DNA of 64,000 nucleotides from a virus (taxonomy: Duplodnaviria; Caudoviricetes), in IMG/VR virus record IMGVR_UViG_3300032237_000809, positions 32,001-96,000 of that record. The stretch is one strand, 5' to 3'. The first letter of the stretch is position 1; every line of letters starts with the position of its first letter. Below the pieces are notes generated by a model. It did not search any database. It saw only the letters and a list, made by a program, of their open reading frames with translations, and was not told the DNA's origin. This document shows positions 49,142 to 59,021 of this stretch, in pieces. The position numbers were made by a program, and so were the translations under genes.

Positions 49142-49549
49142 ATGTCAATTCTCGGAAAAAGAAAAGGTAGACCAACTACCAAAATACAACTTGATTCTAT
49201 TCTGAAGCAATTTAAACTTTTTCTTAAACGAGAACTTCGTCTTAATTATGATATTCCAGTTATTCTGGTCGATGATGTTGATTTTTCTAAAAAAATGAAA
49301 GCATTTGGAGAAATCTCACATGAAAATATTATTCATGTGAGTATTATTAATCGTCATCCTATTGATATTTTAAGAACTCTTGCTCATGAATATGTTCATT
49401 ATAAACAATTCATGGAAAAGGGTATTCATCATAGATCTTCCCGTGCTGGTAGTCCTGCTGAAAATGAAGCAAATGCTAAGGCAGGTGAAATTATGAGAAA
49501 ATATGGACAACTTCATCCAGAATTATTTGATTTAATGCCTATTAGATAA
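49142..49549 (+). CDS. Small zincin-like (HExxH) protein
   Basis: DILRTLAHEYVHYKQ...E.EANAKAG. Confidence 0.72.
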   Translation: MSILGKRKGRPTTKIQLDSILKQFKLFLKRELRLNYDIPVILVDDVDFSKKMKAFGEISHENIIHVSIINRHPIDILRTLAHEYVHYKQFMEKGIHHRSSRAGSPAENEANAKAGEIMRKYGQLHPELFDLMPIR

Positions 49550-49564
49550 TATAATTCTTTTTTT

Positions 49565-49637
49565 GGGGAATTAGCTCAGTTGGTAGAGCGCGGTCTTTGC
49601 AAGGCCGATGTCAGGAGTTCGAGCCTCCTATTCTCCA
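49565..49637 (+). tRNA. tRNA-Ala (anticodon UGC), CCA not encoded
   Basis: Acceptor GGGGAAT/ATTCTCC with G3:U70, D-arm GCTC..GAGC, anticodon arm CGGTC-TTTGCAA-GGCCG, T-loop GTTCGAGC. Confidence 0.95.
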
Positions 49638-49690
49638 CTTTTTAAAGTGGCACATATCATCTTGTCAAACCTAGTATGATGTCTTATCAT
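49633..49690 (+). promoter_or_regulatory. Dyad box plus sigma70 promoter overlapping the tRNA 3' end
   Basis: CCACTTT-TT-AAAGTGG-CACA; TTGTCA(49662)-17-TATCAT(49685). Confidence 0.7.
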
Positions 49691-49696
49691 ACATGC

Positions 49697-50602
49697 ATGA
49701 CAAAAAAATCCCAAATGAAAAACGTCCACATTGAACATCCTGAAGATTCAATTTTGACTGGCGATTTGACAGTATTGGATTGGTTTATTAATCCGGGGCA
49801 TCTTTCTGTAAAAATTGATGGTTCTCCTGCAATTGTCTGGGGAACAAATCCTGCTACTGGTAAGTTCTTTGTAGGAACTAAAAATGTTTTCAACAAAGTT
49901 AAAATCAAAATCAATCATTCTCATGATGAAATTAATAAAAATCATGAAGGTAATGTTGCAGATATTCTTCATTCTTGTTTTGATTATTTGCCCAAAGTAG
50001 AAACAATTTATCAAGGCGATTTTCTTGGTTTTGGCGGAATTTCTGAATATACACCCAACACAATCACTTATAAGTTTCCGGAATTAGTTTCTCAGAAGAT
50101 TATTATTGCACCTCATACTTGCTATTATGCTGAGAATGATCTTCGTGATGCTGTGTCTATGCCTGACCGTTCCATCTGGAAGGATACTGACATGGTGAAG
50201 TTTGTGAAACCTAATGCACATATTCTCTACAATCAGGATTCCTTCTCTGATGTTGATGAAATTGTAAGTTTTGCTCGTCAAATATCACAAACTTGTAATT
50301 TTGTTTCTGGTAAGAAACTGGCAGAACTTAAAAAAAATCTGAATGCCTGTATTCGTGAGAAGCGTGAGATTGAAGATGATGCTTTTGATTGTGATAATAA
50401 TTTGATTCGTTTTTGGAAGTTGGTAAAGTCGATCAAAGAGGATTGTCTTTTCCTTTGTCGTAATGATGGTCCGGATGCTTATATTGGTTATGATCGAATT
50501 GATGTTGAAGGTTACGTAATGACAAATGATTTTGGTATGTTTAAACTAGTCAATCGTGAAGTGTTTTCTCATGCCAATTTCACAATGCAAAAGAATTGGT
50601 AG
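49697..50602 (+). CDS. Conserved phage protein with ligase-like KxDG motif (DUF6267-like)
   Basis: H.EHPED, SVKIDGSPAIVWG, YQGDF, EGYV, KLVNR..FS..NF; start 49697 or 49715. Confidence 0.65.
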   Translation: MTKKSQMKNVHIEHPEDSILTGDLTVLDWFINPGHLSVKIDGSPAIVWGTNPATGKFFVGTKNVFNKVKIKINHSHDEINKNHEGNVADILHSCFDYLPKVETIYQGDFLGFGGISEYTPNTITYKFPELVSQKIIIAPHTCYYAENDLRDAVSMPDRSIWKDTDMVKFVKPNAHILYNQDSFSDVDEIVSFARQISQTCNFVSGKKLAELKKNLNACIREKREIEDDAFDCDNNLIRFWKLVKSIKEDCLFLCRNDGPDAYIGYDRIDVEGYVMTNDFGMFKLVNREVFSHANFTMQKNW

Positions 50603-50665
50603 TCATAAATATAAGTATATTTTATTGTTTATAATTATTTTTATAACAAAAACCTGTAATAGTAA

Positions 50666-52021
50666 ATGAAAAGTTTTTTAAAATTTATAACCGAAGCAAA
50701 TAGTAAAGCAGTTCAACAGGCAACTCGTATGGGACTTGTTACTGATGGGCATGGTGGATGGTATAATAAAGCAACAGGAGAATTTACCGCAAAAACTTTT
50801 CAAGGTGCATTAAAATTTTATAATAAAAGACAAATAATTGGTGGAAAAGATCCTGCACAAACTGAACAGGAAAAAAATCTTTCTCAAACATCTTATGCAC
50901 CTCAACAACCAATCCCACAAGATCAAGTTCCTGTAGATCAGCAGCAACCAATCCCACAAGATCAAGTTCCTGTAGATCAGCAGCAGATGCAAGAACCAGT
51001 TCCACAGGAACCATTTTCTCCACCACCAGTCGAAAAAACTTTAGGAACTTTGACGATTGCTTTTGGTCGCTTTAATCCACCAACCATAGGTCATCTTCAG
51101 TTAATGGATACTGCTGCTGCATCTGCAGAACAAGATCAGAGTGACTATATTATTGTTCCTTCTCGTACTCAAGATGCAAAGAAAAATCCTTTGGATGCTG
51201 ATACAAAAATCTATTATATAAGAAAAATGTTTCCTCAACATAGTGAGAGGATTTATAATGATGTAAATTTAAGAACTATTTTTGATGTTCTCAAAAAGGC
51301 TCATAATGATGGATATTCAAGCGTAAGAATTGTTGGTGGATCTGATAGGGTAAAAGAATTTGATAAATTGGCAAATAATTATAATGGAAATCTTTATCAA
51401 TTTGATAATATTGACGTAATTTCTTCTGGAGATAGAGATCCTGATTCTGAAGGAGTTGAAGGAGTTTCTGCATCAAGAATGAGACTTGCAGCTGCTGAAG
51501 GAGATTTTAAAACTTTTCGTATGGGACTTCCTCCTGAAGTTTCTAGAAAGGATGCAATAGAACTTTTTGATGTTCTTCGTCAATCTATGGGAATTGAGCA
51601 AATACAAGAAGAAGGTTATTATGTTTGGGAAATTGCTCCTAAATTTGATCTAAATTCTCTTCGTGAAAATTATATTTCAGAGAAAATTTTCCAGATTGGA
51701 CAATTAGTTGAGAATATGAATACGGGTCTTGTTGGGCGCATTATTCGTAGGGGAACTAATTATTTGATTTGTGTGACTGAAGGTGGAATGATGTTTAAAT
51801 CCTGGATTAAGGATATGATGGAAACAAAGAAATATACAGAAGTTATGATGGATAGTGAAATGAGAGAACCAGGAAAACCAAATACGTTAGTTGGAACTCT
51901 TGGTGCATTTAAGAATTATGCGAGCAAAACTCCAGGTGCTATTGGAACTGGCGCAGAGAATTTACAACCGGGTGGAAATGCTTATGGTATTAATTTCATA
52001 AATAGATTTAGAAAAAAGTAA
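50666..52021 (+). CDS. HxGH nucleotidyltransferase (cytidylyltransferase/NadD-like) with capsid-targeting-like N-terminus
   Basis: FGRFNPPTIGH, VGGSDR, SG.RDPD, SASRMR; begins MKSFLKFITEA. Confidence 0.82.
   Translation: MKSFLKFITEANSKAVQQATRMGLVTDGHGGWYNKATGEFTAKTFQGALKFYNKRQIIGGKDPAQTEQEKNLSQTSYAPQQPIPQDQVPVDQQQPIPQDQVPVDQQQMQEPVPQEPFSPPPVEKTLGTLTIAFGRFNPPTIGHLQLMDTAAASAEQDQSDYIIVPSRTQDAKKNPLDADTKIYYIRKMFPQHSERIYNDVNLRTIFDVLKKAHNDGYSSVRIVGGSDRVKEFDKLANNYNGNLYQFDNIDVISSGDRDPDSEGVEGVSASRMRLAAAEGDFKTFRMGLPPEVSRKDAIELFDVLRQSMGIEQIQEEGYYVWEIAPKFDLNSLRENYISEKIFQIGQLVENMNTGLVGRIIRRGTNYLICVTEGGMMFKSWIKDMMETKKYTEVMMDSEMREPGKPNTLVGTLGAFKNYASKTPGAIGTGAENLQPGGNAYGINFINRFRKK
50906..50983 (+). repeat. 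In-frame 39-bp tandem duplication (QPIPQDQVPVDQQ x2)
   Basis: Two identical consecutive copies in the Gln/Pro linker. Confidence 0.9.
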
Positions 52022-52036
52022 GCATTAAATTTTCCG

Positions 52037-53416
52037 ATGACTAATAAAATTTTTGAAGAACTTCCTTCTAGAGATAAAAATCCAAGATCTTCTGGTGGAG
52101 AAAGACCAGCAGGACCTACAAGTATGCAGGAAAAAATTGAAAAAAAGGTTCGTCAAGCAGTTTATGATATTCGTTATCGTGCAAGAAGAGAAGGTATTGA
52201 CGTTAAGCAAGCATATTCGCAATATATGCAAAATAGTAGTCTGAATGGACAAGAAAGAAATTTAGTTAAAGCAAAAATTTTTGGTAGACCTATGGCAGAA
52301 GATTATAATATTGAAGAATTTGCATCAAATTCTGTAGCAGAAGCACTTTTTAAAGTATTTGTTGAAGGTGTGGAAAACGAAGAATCTACTATTTACCTTC
52401 AAGAACTTAGAAAAGGTTATATTAAAAAAGAAATTGGAAGAGTTGATAGTCAAGCAGGTATTGGAAAATATAAAGTCCGAGTGACTGATAAAAATGGAAC
52501 TTCTTATGTAAGATATGCTACTCGTGAAAAAATTAGCGATCTTCGTGCAAATCCAAATATTGAATCAGTTGAAATGACTGGATATGGCGAACCTTATGAG
52601 GGTGAAAAAAATAGGGGTGAACAGACTGCCGCAGCAAAAGCAGGTAAAGATTATGATGGTGATGGTAAAGTTGAATCTGGTGCTAAGGAACATGCTGGTG
52701 TAGTTCATAATGCAATTCAGCGTAAAAAAGGTGGAGTTCCTGATGGTAAGGATACTTCCAGTGTAAAAGAAGATGTTGATTATCTGGAAGAAAAAAGAAA
52801 ATCTAAGAAAGATAAACAATTTAATGTAATGCGTGGAACAAATAATGTAAAATTATTTCCAGAAACAAGCAAACCCCAATTTGAAGAATTCGTTCCCGAA
52901 TCTGCGGTGAGCACTGCTCAACAAAAATTTATGGGAATGGTTCATGCATTTAAAAAAGGTAAAATGAGAGATGCATCACCTGAAGTTAAAAAGGCTGCGA
53001 AGGGAATGAGTGATACTGAAGCAACAAAATTCGCTTCTACTAGTCATGAAGGACTTCCAAAGCATGTTCAAAAAGAAGATGCATCTTGTGGTTGTTCAGA
53101 TTCGCAAAGTGATACTAGAGGTGATTATGCTAAAAAAGAAGTTCTTAAAAACAAATTAAGATCTGCATTGGGAGTTAAAAATCCTATGATAATGACTGCG
53201 GAAGGTATGGGATTAAGTGTTGGTGCTTCAAAATTTGCTGGAAAAGTTCTGTCAAATCCAAGAACTTCTGCAGAACAGGGAGCAAAAAACTTACAAAAGA
53301 ATCTTACAGATCCAGTTGGTCGTGCCGTAAAGGGTGCTGTTCGTGCAATTGTTCAACCTGCAAATATGTCTCCTGAAGCACAAAAAGCAAGAAATGATAA
53401 GTATAGACCTAAATAA
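52037..53416 (+). CDS. Modular charged late protein, probable internal head protein
   Basis: Modules RQAVYDIRYRARRE, DYDGDGKVES, AVSTAQQKFMGMV..ASTSHEGLP separated by Glu-ending linkers. Confidence 0.6.
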   Translation: MTNKIFEELPSRDKNPRSSGGERPAGPTSMQEKIEKKVRQAVYDIRYRARREGIDVKQAYSQYMQNSSLNGQERNLVKAKIFGRPMAEDYNIEEFASNSVAEALFKVFVEGVENEESTIYLQELRKGYIKKEIGRVDSQAGIGKYKVRVTDKNGTSYVRYATREKISDLRANPNIESVEMTGYGEPYEGEKNRGEQTAAAKAGKDYDGDGKVESGAKEHAGVVHNAIQRKKGGVPDGKDTSSVKEDVDYLEEKRKSKKDKQFNVMRGTNNVKLFPETSKPQFEEFVPESAVSTAQQKFMGMVHAFKKGKMRDASPEVKKAAKGMSDTEATKFASTSHEGLPKHVQKEDASCGCSDSQSDTRGDYAKKEVLKNKLRSALGVKNPMIMTAEGMGLSVGASKFAGKVLSNPRTSAEQGAKNLQKNLTDPVGRAVKGAVRAIVQPANMSPEAQKARNDKYRPK

Positions 53417-53441
53417 ATTAAATCCAATAATCAAATAATTA

Positions 53442-53481
53442 AAAAGAGACCAAAATCTAAGGTCTCTTTTTTTTATAAATA
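53442..53481 (+). terminator. Intrinsic terminator fused to late promoter
   Basis: AAAAGAGACC / GGTCTCTTTT, T-run, TATAAATA. Confidence 0.75.
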
Positions 53482-53512
53482 TCAATAGAAAAAGAATTTA
53501 TAGGTAAAGCAC

Positions 53513-54541
53513 ATGGCTCTTTGGGGCATTTCAACAAACGCTGAGACTGCAGCAAACAATTATGCAATTCCAAAATTCCAGCATGAGACTGTTCGTGAGA
53601 GAAGTCCATGGAATACCTTTGCAGATGTTCGTGGTTGGATTCAGAGAAGATATAAAACTAAAGAAAATTCTGGAATTTCTACTCGTTACTTTGACGAAGT
53701 TTTAATTCCAGTTGTTGGATTGAATAGTACTGGTAATGTTGGAGGAACCACTGGTATTGGTACTGCTGGTCCAGTTGCAGTTTTCTTTGAAGATCCTAAT
53801 CAGGCATCGCCAATTTCTGTTGGTGGTGGTGCAACTAGTGGAATTGCAACTAATACTAGCGGTTATGTTCATGTAGTATTTAATGAACTTGTATTTGCTG
53901 GTGCTGGATCAACAGTTCGTATTCGCACCTTTGATGCAAATAATGCTAATGAATCGACAGCAATTATTGGATATGCTGCATCAAACACTGGTACTCAATA
54001 TGCTTGGGCAGGTCCTGCTGCTACTCACGGATCTCCAAATGTCTATACAAGTTTCAACGGTCAGATTACAAATAGAGTAGCATTTGCATTTACTTCACCA
54101 AGTTCAGTTCTTACTGCACAAGTAAACTTCTTAACTACTTCAACAAGCACAGGTCAAACTGTTGCGATTGGTGGAACACAAATTTGGGTCGATTCGGTAA
54201 CTGGTGTATCTGCTGGAAGTTCGATATCAGTTAGCGGAAAACTTACAACTGTTCCTGTTGTTTCTGTTGGAAATACTTTTGTATACATTGGAGCAGCATC
54301 TACAATTGCATCCACAATTCTTGCAGGTACTGCAACTACATTTAGTACATTTACAAGAGCAACAAAATTATTTATTGATATTCCTAGAGGATTTGTTGGT
54401 GTAATTACTGATGGATCAAATGCTGTTGGAGTAATTAGTTCATTTACATCACAATTTGGAGACATTCTTATCCGCAATGTTGGTGGTGCAGGGACAACCT
54501 CTAGTGTCGGAATTGGTACAACTACATTAACAGTTAGATAA
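53513..54541 (+). CDS. Virion structural protein (Thr/Gly/Ser-rich)
   Basis: MALWG start, late promoter, beta-rich composition. Confidence 0.6.
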   Translation: MALWGISTNAETAANNYAIPKFQHETVRERSPWNTFADVRGWIQRRYKTKENSGISTRYFDEVLIPVVGLNSTGNVGGTTGIGTAGPVAVFFEDPNQASPISVGGGATSGIATNTSGYVHVVFNELVFAGAGSTVRIRTFDANNANESTAIIGYAASNTGTQYAWAGPAATHGSPNVYTSFNGQITNRVAFAFTSPSSVLTAQVNFLTTSTSTGQTVAIGGTQIWVDSVTGVSAGSSISVSGKLTTVPVVSVGNTFVYIGAASTIASTILAGTATTFSTFTRATKLFIDIPRGFVGVITDGSNAVGVISSFTSQFGDILIRNVGGAGTTSSVGIGTTTLTVR

Positions 54542-54549
54542 AATATAAT

Positions 54550-54921
54550 ATGAGATTTGATGAATTGAATGAGAGTAATTATTTACTCTTTGCTATAAAA
54601 TTCTATGATAATCCACAATCTCTCACCAGAGAAGATTTTGAAGATGATTTGAAAAGAATTAAATATATTAAAAGATTATTAAAAAGATATAAAAATACAG
54701 GTGAACTTAAGACGCATTTAATCTTAAATCATTTGACTGTTTTGTTTAATGTTTTTAATGATGCTGCAGTCCCATTACTCTTTTATAATTTAGATAAGGA
54801 ACTTTGGCCTTCTATAAAAAGTTTTTTAATCTTTTTAAATAGATTGCCAGAATATCCTAAAACTGAAATTAATAATATAAAAAAAGATGATGAATGCTCA
54901 GAACATTTGGAGTCAATTTAA
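54550..54921 (+). CDS. Conserved T4-like hypothetical protein
   Basis: FAIK.YDNPQ, F..DLKRIKYIKRL, LILNHL..LFNVF. Confidence 0.75.
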   Translation: MRFDELNESNYLLFAIKFYDNPQSLTREDFEDDLKRIKYIKRLLKRYKNTGELKTHLILNHLTVLFNVFNDAAVPLLFYNLDKELWPSIKSFLIFLNRLPEYPKTEINNIKKDDECSEHLESI

Positions 54922-55148
54922 TGGATAAAGTAGATAAAATTATTAATATAATTCGTAAACTTCATGAAGATGGTATAGTAAGCGGAGCACCAACTAATTC
55001 AGTTGGGAGTAGTGGATTGACAAATGCATCAACTCCTCCAGGAAGACTTGATGGATATGATAAAGTAATGGGACTTACAAGAAGAGTAAAAATAATTGGC
55101 AAAGGTAAGTTTCCAGGTGCCAGAACACGCTGGAAAAAATCATCATAA
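54921..55148 (+). CDS. Small hypothetical protein
   Basis: TAATG coupling; APTNSVG..GYD..MG..GARTRW. Confidence 0.6.
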   Translation: MDKVDKIINIIRKLHEDGIVSGAPTNSVGSSGLTNASTPPGRLDGYDKVMGLTRRVKIIGKGKFPGARTRWKKSS

Positions 55149-55226
55149 ATTTAACTTAAATAAATAATAGTATGATTTATTAAATTCGTTTCGTGAGTTA
55201 GAAACGTAAATCAATCCTAATCTAAA

Positions 55227-55682
55227 ATGTTTAACAACAATAATACTACAGCAGATACCAAAATTGCCGTGTTAGAAGAAAGACTATCATCATATGAACT
55301 TATGATGAGAAAAATAGACGAAGCAATTCAATTGATGGGTAAAACTAGTCAAAATATCAGTAAAATGCTTGCTGTACATGATGAAAGAATAGAGCAGGGT
55401 GTTAAAACTGATAGTATGATTACATCTTTAATTAATGAATTAAAAGAAGAAAATAAACAACAGCATGATATAGTAACAGAAAGAATTGATCAAATTGAGG
55501 AAGAAGTTAAAGAAATTAGTAAAATTAAATGGATGACAATTGGGTGTGGCGTTTTATTGGCGGTTTTAACAGCAGCATTCTCAACTTTAGCATCTGGTTG
55601 GTGGACTCCATCAGAAATGCAAATGCAGCATGAGGGTCATATTCACCATCAAAGCGTCAACGACCAAAATGTTCCCAATTGA
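55227..55682 (+). CDS. Coiled-coil protein with a single C-proximal transmembrane helix
   Basis: MLAVHDERIE coiled coil, then WMTIGCGVLLAVLTAAFSTLASGWW. Confidence 0.65.
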   Translation: MFNNNNTTADTKIAVLEERLSSYELMMRKIDEAIQLMGKTSQNISKMLAVHDERIEQGVKTDSMITSLINELKEENKQQHDIVTERIDQIEEEVKEISKIKWMTIGCGVLLAVLTAAFSTLASGWWTPSEMQMQHEGHIHHQSVNDQNVPN

Positions 55683-55730
55683 CGATTTCATAATCTTGTG
55701 TTAAACTAGAAGTCCTGAAAGTTTTTGCGA

Positions 55731-56705
55731 ATGGACCTTATTGATTTAAAATATATTGGACTAGTTTCGTCAAGATTGCAAAAGTTTAAACGTATTAAGG
55801 CAGATCTATACAACTTTCGTTGCCCTATTTGTGGAGATTCGCAAAAAAATAAAAGTAAAGCAAGAGGTTATTTATATGCGGTAAAAACAAATACCAACTT
55901 TAAATGTCATAATTGTGGAGCAAGTTTATCCTTTAATAATTTTCTTAAAGAAGTGGATTCAACACTCCATAAGCAGTATACTATGGAGAAATTTAAAGAA
56001 GGATTTACTGGAAAAAACTTTGTAGTTGAAACACCATCATTTGATTTTACAAAACCAATATTTAAACAAAAATTAGATCTACCTAAAGCATCGGAGATTT
56101 TAGTTGCTAAGCAATATCTTGAAAAAAGACTTTTAAATCCAAATAAATTTTATTTTGCGGAAAAATTTCAGGAATGGACTAATACGCAAAAATTTACATT
56201 CAATAAAATTGGTAAAGATGAAAGTAGAATAGTAATACCATTACATACTAGAGAAGGTGAAATATTTGGTTTTCAAGGAAGATCGCTGGGTTCTAACAAT
56301 GTTAAATATATTACAGTGATTTTGAATGAAAGTATTCCAAAAGTATATGGTTTGAATGAAGTGCAAAACAATAAAACAATCTATGTTACAGAAGGTCCAT
56401 TTGATTCAACTTTTGTTGAAAATGCAATAGCAATGTGTGGATCTGATATTGCACTCGATAGTCTTAATTTGGGTAATGATATTGTTTATGTACTTGATAA
56501 TGAACCCCGAAATAGGGAAATTTGTAATAGGATTTCTAAACTTATAGATGGAGGTAAACAAGTCGTCATCTGGCCAAGATCTATAAATTATAAAGACATC
56601 AATGATATGAAAATTGCTGGACTTTCTATTATGGATGTGTTAAAATTAAATACATATAAAGCACTAGAAGCAAAAATCAAATTCAACGAATGGAAGAAAG
56701 TATGA
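55731..56705 (+). CDS. gp61: DNA primase
   Basis: CPICGDS..CHNCG zinc finger, FQGR, TEGPFDS, DNEPRN, KDINDM. Confidence 0.96.
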   Translation: MDLIDLKYIGLVSSRLQKFKRIKADLYNFRCPICGDSQKNKSKARGYLYAVKTNTNFKCHNCGASLSFNNFLKEVDSTLHKQYTMEKFKEGFTGKNFVVETPSFDFTKPIFKQKLDLPKASEILVAKQYLEKRLLNPNKFYFAEKFQEWTNTQKFTFNKIGKDESRIVIPLHTREGEIFGFQGRSLGSNNVKYITVILNESIPKVYGLNEVQNNKTIYVTEGPFDSTFVENAIAMCGSDIALDSLNLGNDIVYVLDNEPRNREICNRISKLIDGGKQVVIWPRSINYKDINDMKIAGLSIMDVLKLNTYKALEAKIKFNEWKKV

Positions 56706-59002
56706 GTAACGGAACACGGGTAGTTAAGAGAAATGGATCTGTTGAAGGTTTAGATTTAAATAAACTTCATTTGATGGTAGAAGAAGCATGTAAGGATCTG
56801 GCAGGAGTATCAGCATCACAAGTTGAAATGCAATCTGGTATTCAATTTTATGATGGAATTTCTACAGTAGAAGTTCAGGAAATTTTGATTCGCTCTGCTT
56901 CTGACCTAATTGATCTTGAACATCCTAATTATCAATTTGTTGCTGCTCGTTTGCTTTTATTCGCTCTTCGTAAACAATTGTTTGGTCGTATGTATGAATG
57001 TCCAAATGTTCTTGAGCATACTAAAAAATGTGTAGAACTTGGTGTTTATGATGAAGAGATTCTTTCTCTATATAATGAGGAAGAGTTTGAAAAACTTCAA
57101 TCATTTGTTGATCATGATCGTGATTATCTTTTTACTTATGCAGGTCTTCGTCAGGTAGTTGATAAGTATTTGGTACAAGATCGTAGTAGTGGACAACTTT
57201 ATGAAACTCCACAATTCATGTATCTTTTGATTGCTGCCACTATTTTTTCTAAATATCCAAAAGAAACACGTTTAGATTATGTTAAGAGGTATTATGATGC
57301 AATCAGCAAACACAAGATCAACATCCCAACACCAATCATGGCAGGAGTCAGAACACCTCTTCGCCAATATGCTTCTTGTGTTCTCGTTGATGTTGATGAT
57401 ACCCTCAGGAGTATCGGTCACTCTGATTTGGCTATTTACGAATATGTTGCACAGAGAGCTGGTATCGGTATCAACGCAGGTAGAATCCGTGGCATCAACT
57501 CTAAAATCAGAGGTGGAGAGGTACAACACACAGGCATTATTCCCTTCCTTAAGAAGTTTGAAGCAACTGTCAGATCTTGCACACAAAACGGTATTAGAGG
57601 TGGTTCTGCTACAGTCTTTTTTCCTATCTGGCATCAAGAAATAAGTGATATTCTGGTCTTAAAAAATAATAAAGGAACTGAAGATAATCGTGTTCGTAAG
57701 TTAGACTATGGAATTCAACTCAGCAAAATCTTCTATGAACGATTCATTCAAAACGGAGAAATCACACTTTTCTCACCACACGATGTTCCTGGTCTTTATG
57801 ATGCTTTTGGCACTGATAGATTTGACGACCTTTACGTGGGTTATGAACGAGATGCATCTGTTCCAAGAAAAACTATCGGTGCTCAAGAACTCTTTTTGGA
57901 CCTTCTGAAGGAAAGAGCAGAAACTGGTCGTATTTACATTATGAATATTGACCATTGTAATTCTCATAGTCCTTTCCTTGATAAGATTTCAATGAGCAAT
58001 CTTTGTATGGAAATACTTTTGCCGACTAAACCAATTCAACACATTGATGATCCAAATGGTGAAATTGCTCTTTGCATTCTTAGTGCTATCAATATTGGAA
58101 AGATTAAAACCAATGAAGATCTTGAAGTTCTTTGTGATCTTGCCATTAGAAGTCTTGATGAACTTATTGATTTTCAAGGATATCCCGTTAAAGCAGCAGA
58201 AATCGCAACCAAAGCGCGACGTTCACTTGGAGTAGGTTATATTGGTCTTGCACACTATCTTGCCAAGAATAATGTCAAATATGATGATCAGAATGCTTGG
58301 CAATTGGTTCATGATTTAACTGAGGCATTCCAATATTATCTAATCAAGGCAACCGTAAATCTTGCAAAAGAAAAAGGGGCATGTGCATATTCTCATCGTA
58401 CCAAGTACGGTCAAGGAATTCTGCCAATTGATACCTATAAAAAGGATGTTGATGAATTGGTTGAAAATGTGCTAAAATATGATTGGGAAGCACTTCGGGA
58501 AGAGGTAAAAATTTATGGAGTCAGAAACTCCACTCTCTCAGCACAAATGCCCTCCGAGAGCAGTTCAGTCGTCTCCAATGCCACAAATGGAATTGAACCA
58601 CCTCGCGGATATCTATCCATTAAGAAGTCCAAGAAAGGTCCTCTTAAGCAAATTGTCCCACAGTTTGGAACACTCAAAAACAATTATACGTTGCTTTGGG
58701 ATATGCCTAGCAATCGTGGTTATATTAGTATTGTTGCAGTTATGCAGAAGTTCTTCGATCAAGCGATTTCTGGAAACTGGTCCTATAATCCGGGCAATTA
58801 TCCGAATAATGAAGTTCCTGTTAGCGTGATGGCACAAGATATGCTTACGTGCTTTAAGTATGGGCATAAAACTGCATATTATCAAAACACTTATGATAAT
58901 AAAACTGATGAAGTGGTAGATGAACCAAAGCAAGAACTCAATTCACTTCTTGATGATATTATGAGTTCTGATGAAACTAGTTGCGATAGTTGCTCAATTT
59001 AA
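56702..59002 (+). CDS. nrdA: Ribonucleotide reductase class Ia alpha subunit
   Basis: ATP cone, PTPIM, SCVL, SNLCMEI, MPSESSS, YYQ, C-terminal CDSC. Confidence 0.98.
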   Translation: MSNGTRVVKRNGSVEGLDLNKLHLMVEEACKDLAGVSASQVEMQSGIQFYDGISTVEVQEILIRSASDLIDLEHPNYQFVAARLLLFALRKQLFGRMYECPNVLEHTKKCVELGVYDEEILSLYNEEEFEKLQSFVDHDRDYLFTYAGLRQVVDKYLVQDRSSGQLYETPQFMYLLIAATIFSKYPKETRLDYVKRYYDAISKHKINIPTPIMAGVRTPLRQYASCVLVDVDDTLRSIGHSDLAIYEYVAQRAGIGINAGRIRGINSKIRGGEVQHTGIIPFLKKFEATVRSCTQNGIRGGSATVFFPIWHQEISDILVLKNNKGTEDNRVRKLDYGIQLSKIFYERFIQNGEITLFSPHDVPGLYDAFGTDRFDDLYVGYERDASVPRKTIGAQELFLDLLKERAETGRIYIMNIDHCNSHSPFLDKISMSNLCMEILLPTKPIQHIDDPNGEIALCILSAINIGKIKTNEDLEVLCDLAIRSLDELIDFQGYPVKAAEIATKARRSLGVGYIGLAHYLAKNNVKYDDQNAWQLVHDLTEAFQYYLIKATVNLAKEKGACAYSHRTKYGQGILPIDTYKKDVDELVENVLKYDWEALREEVKIYGVRNSTLSAQMPSESSSVVSNATNGIEPPRGYLSIKKSKKGPLKQIVPQFGTLKNNYTLLWDMPSNRGYISIVAVMQKFFDQAISGNWSYNPGNYPNNEVPVSVMAQDMLTCFKYGHKTAYYQNTYDNKTDEVVDEPKQELNSLLDDIMSSDETSCDSCSI

Positions 59003-59021
59003 AAATAAATAAGGAAAAAGT

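Noticed and set aside
49565-49654. tRNA 3' end as an integration (att) site
   Set aside because: No integrase and no duplicated tRNA end; the overlap with the CCACTTT box is explained by the downstream promoter
50906-50983. 39-bp duplication as a regulatory repeat
   Set aside because: In-frame expansion of a Gln/Pro linker with no predicted effect on the reading frame
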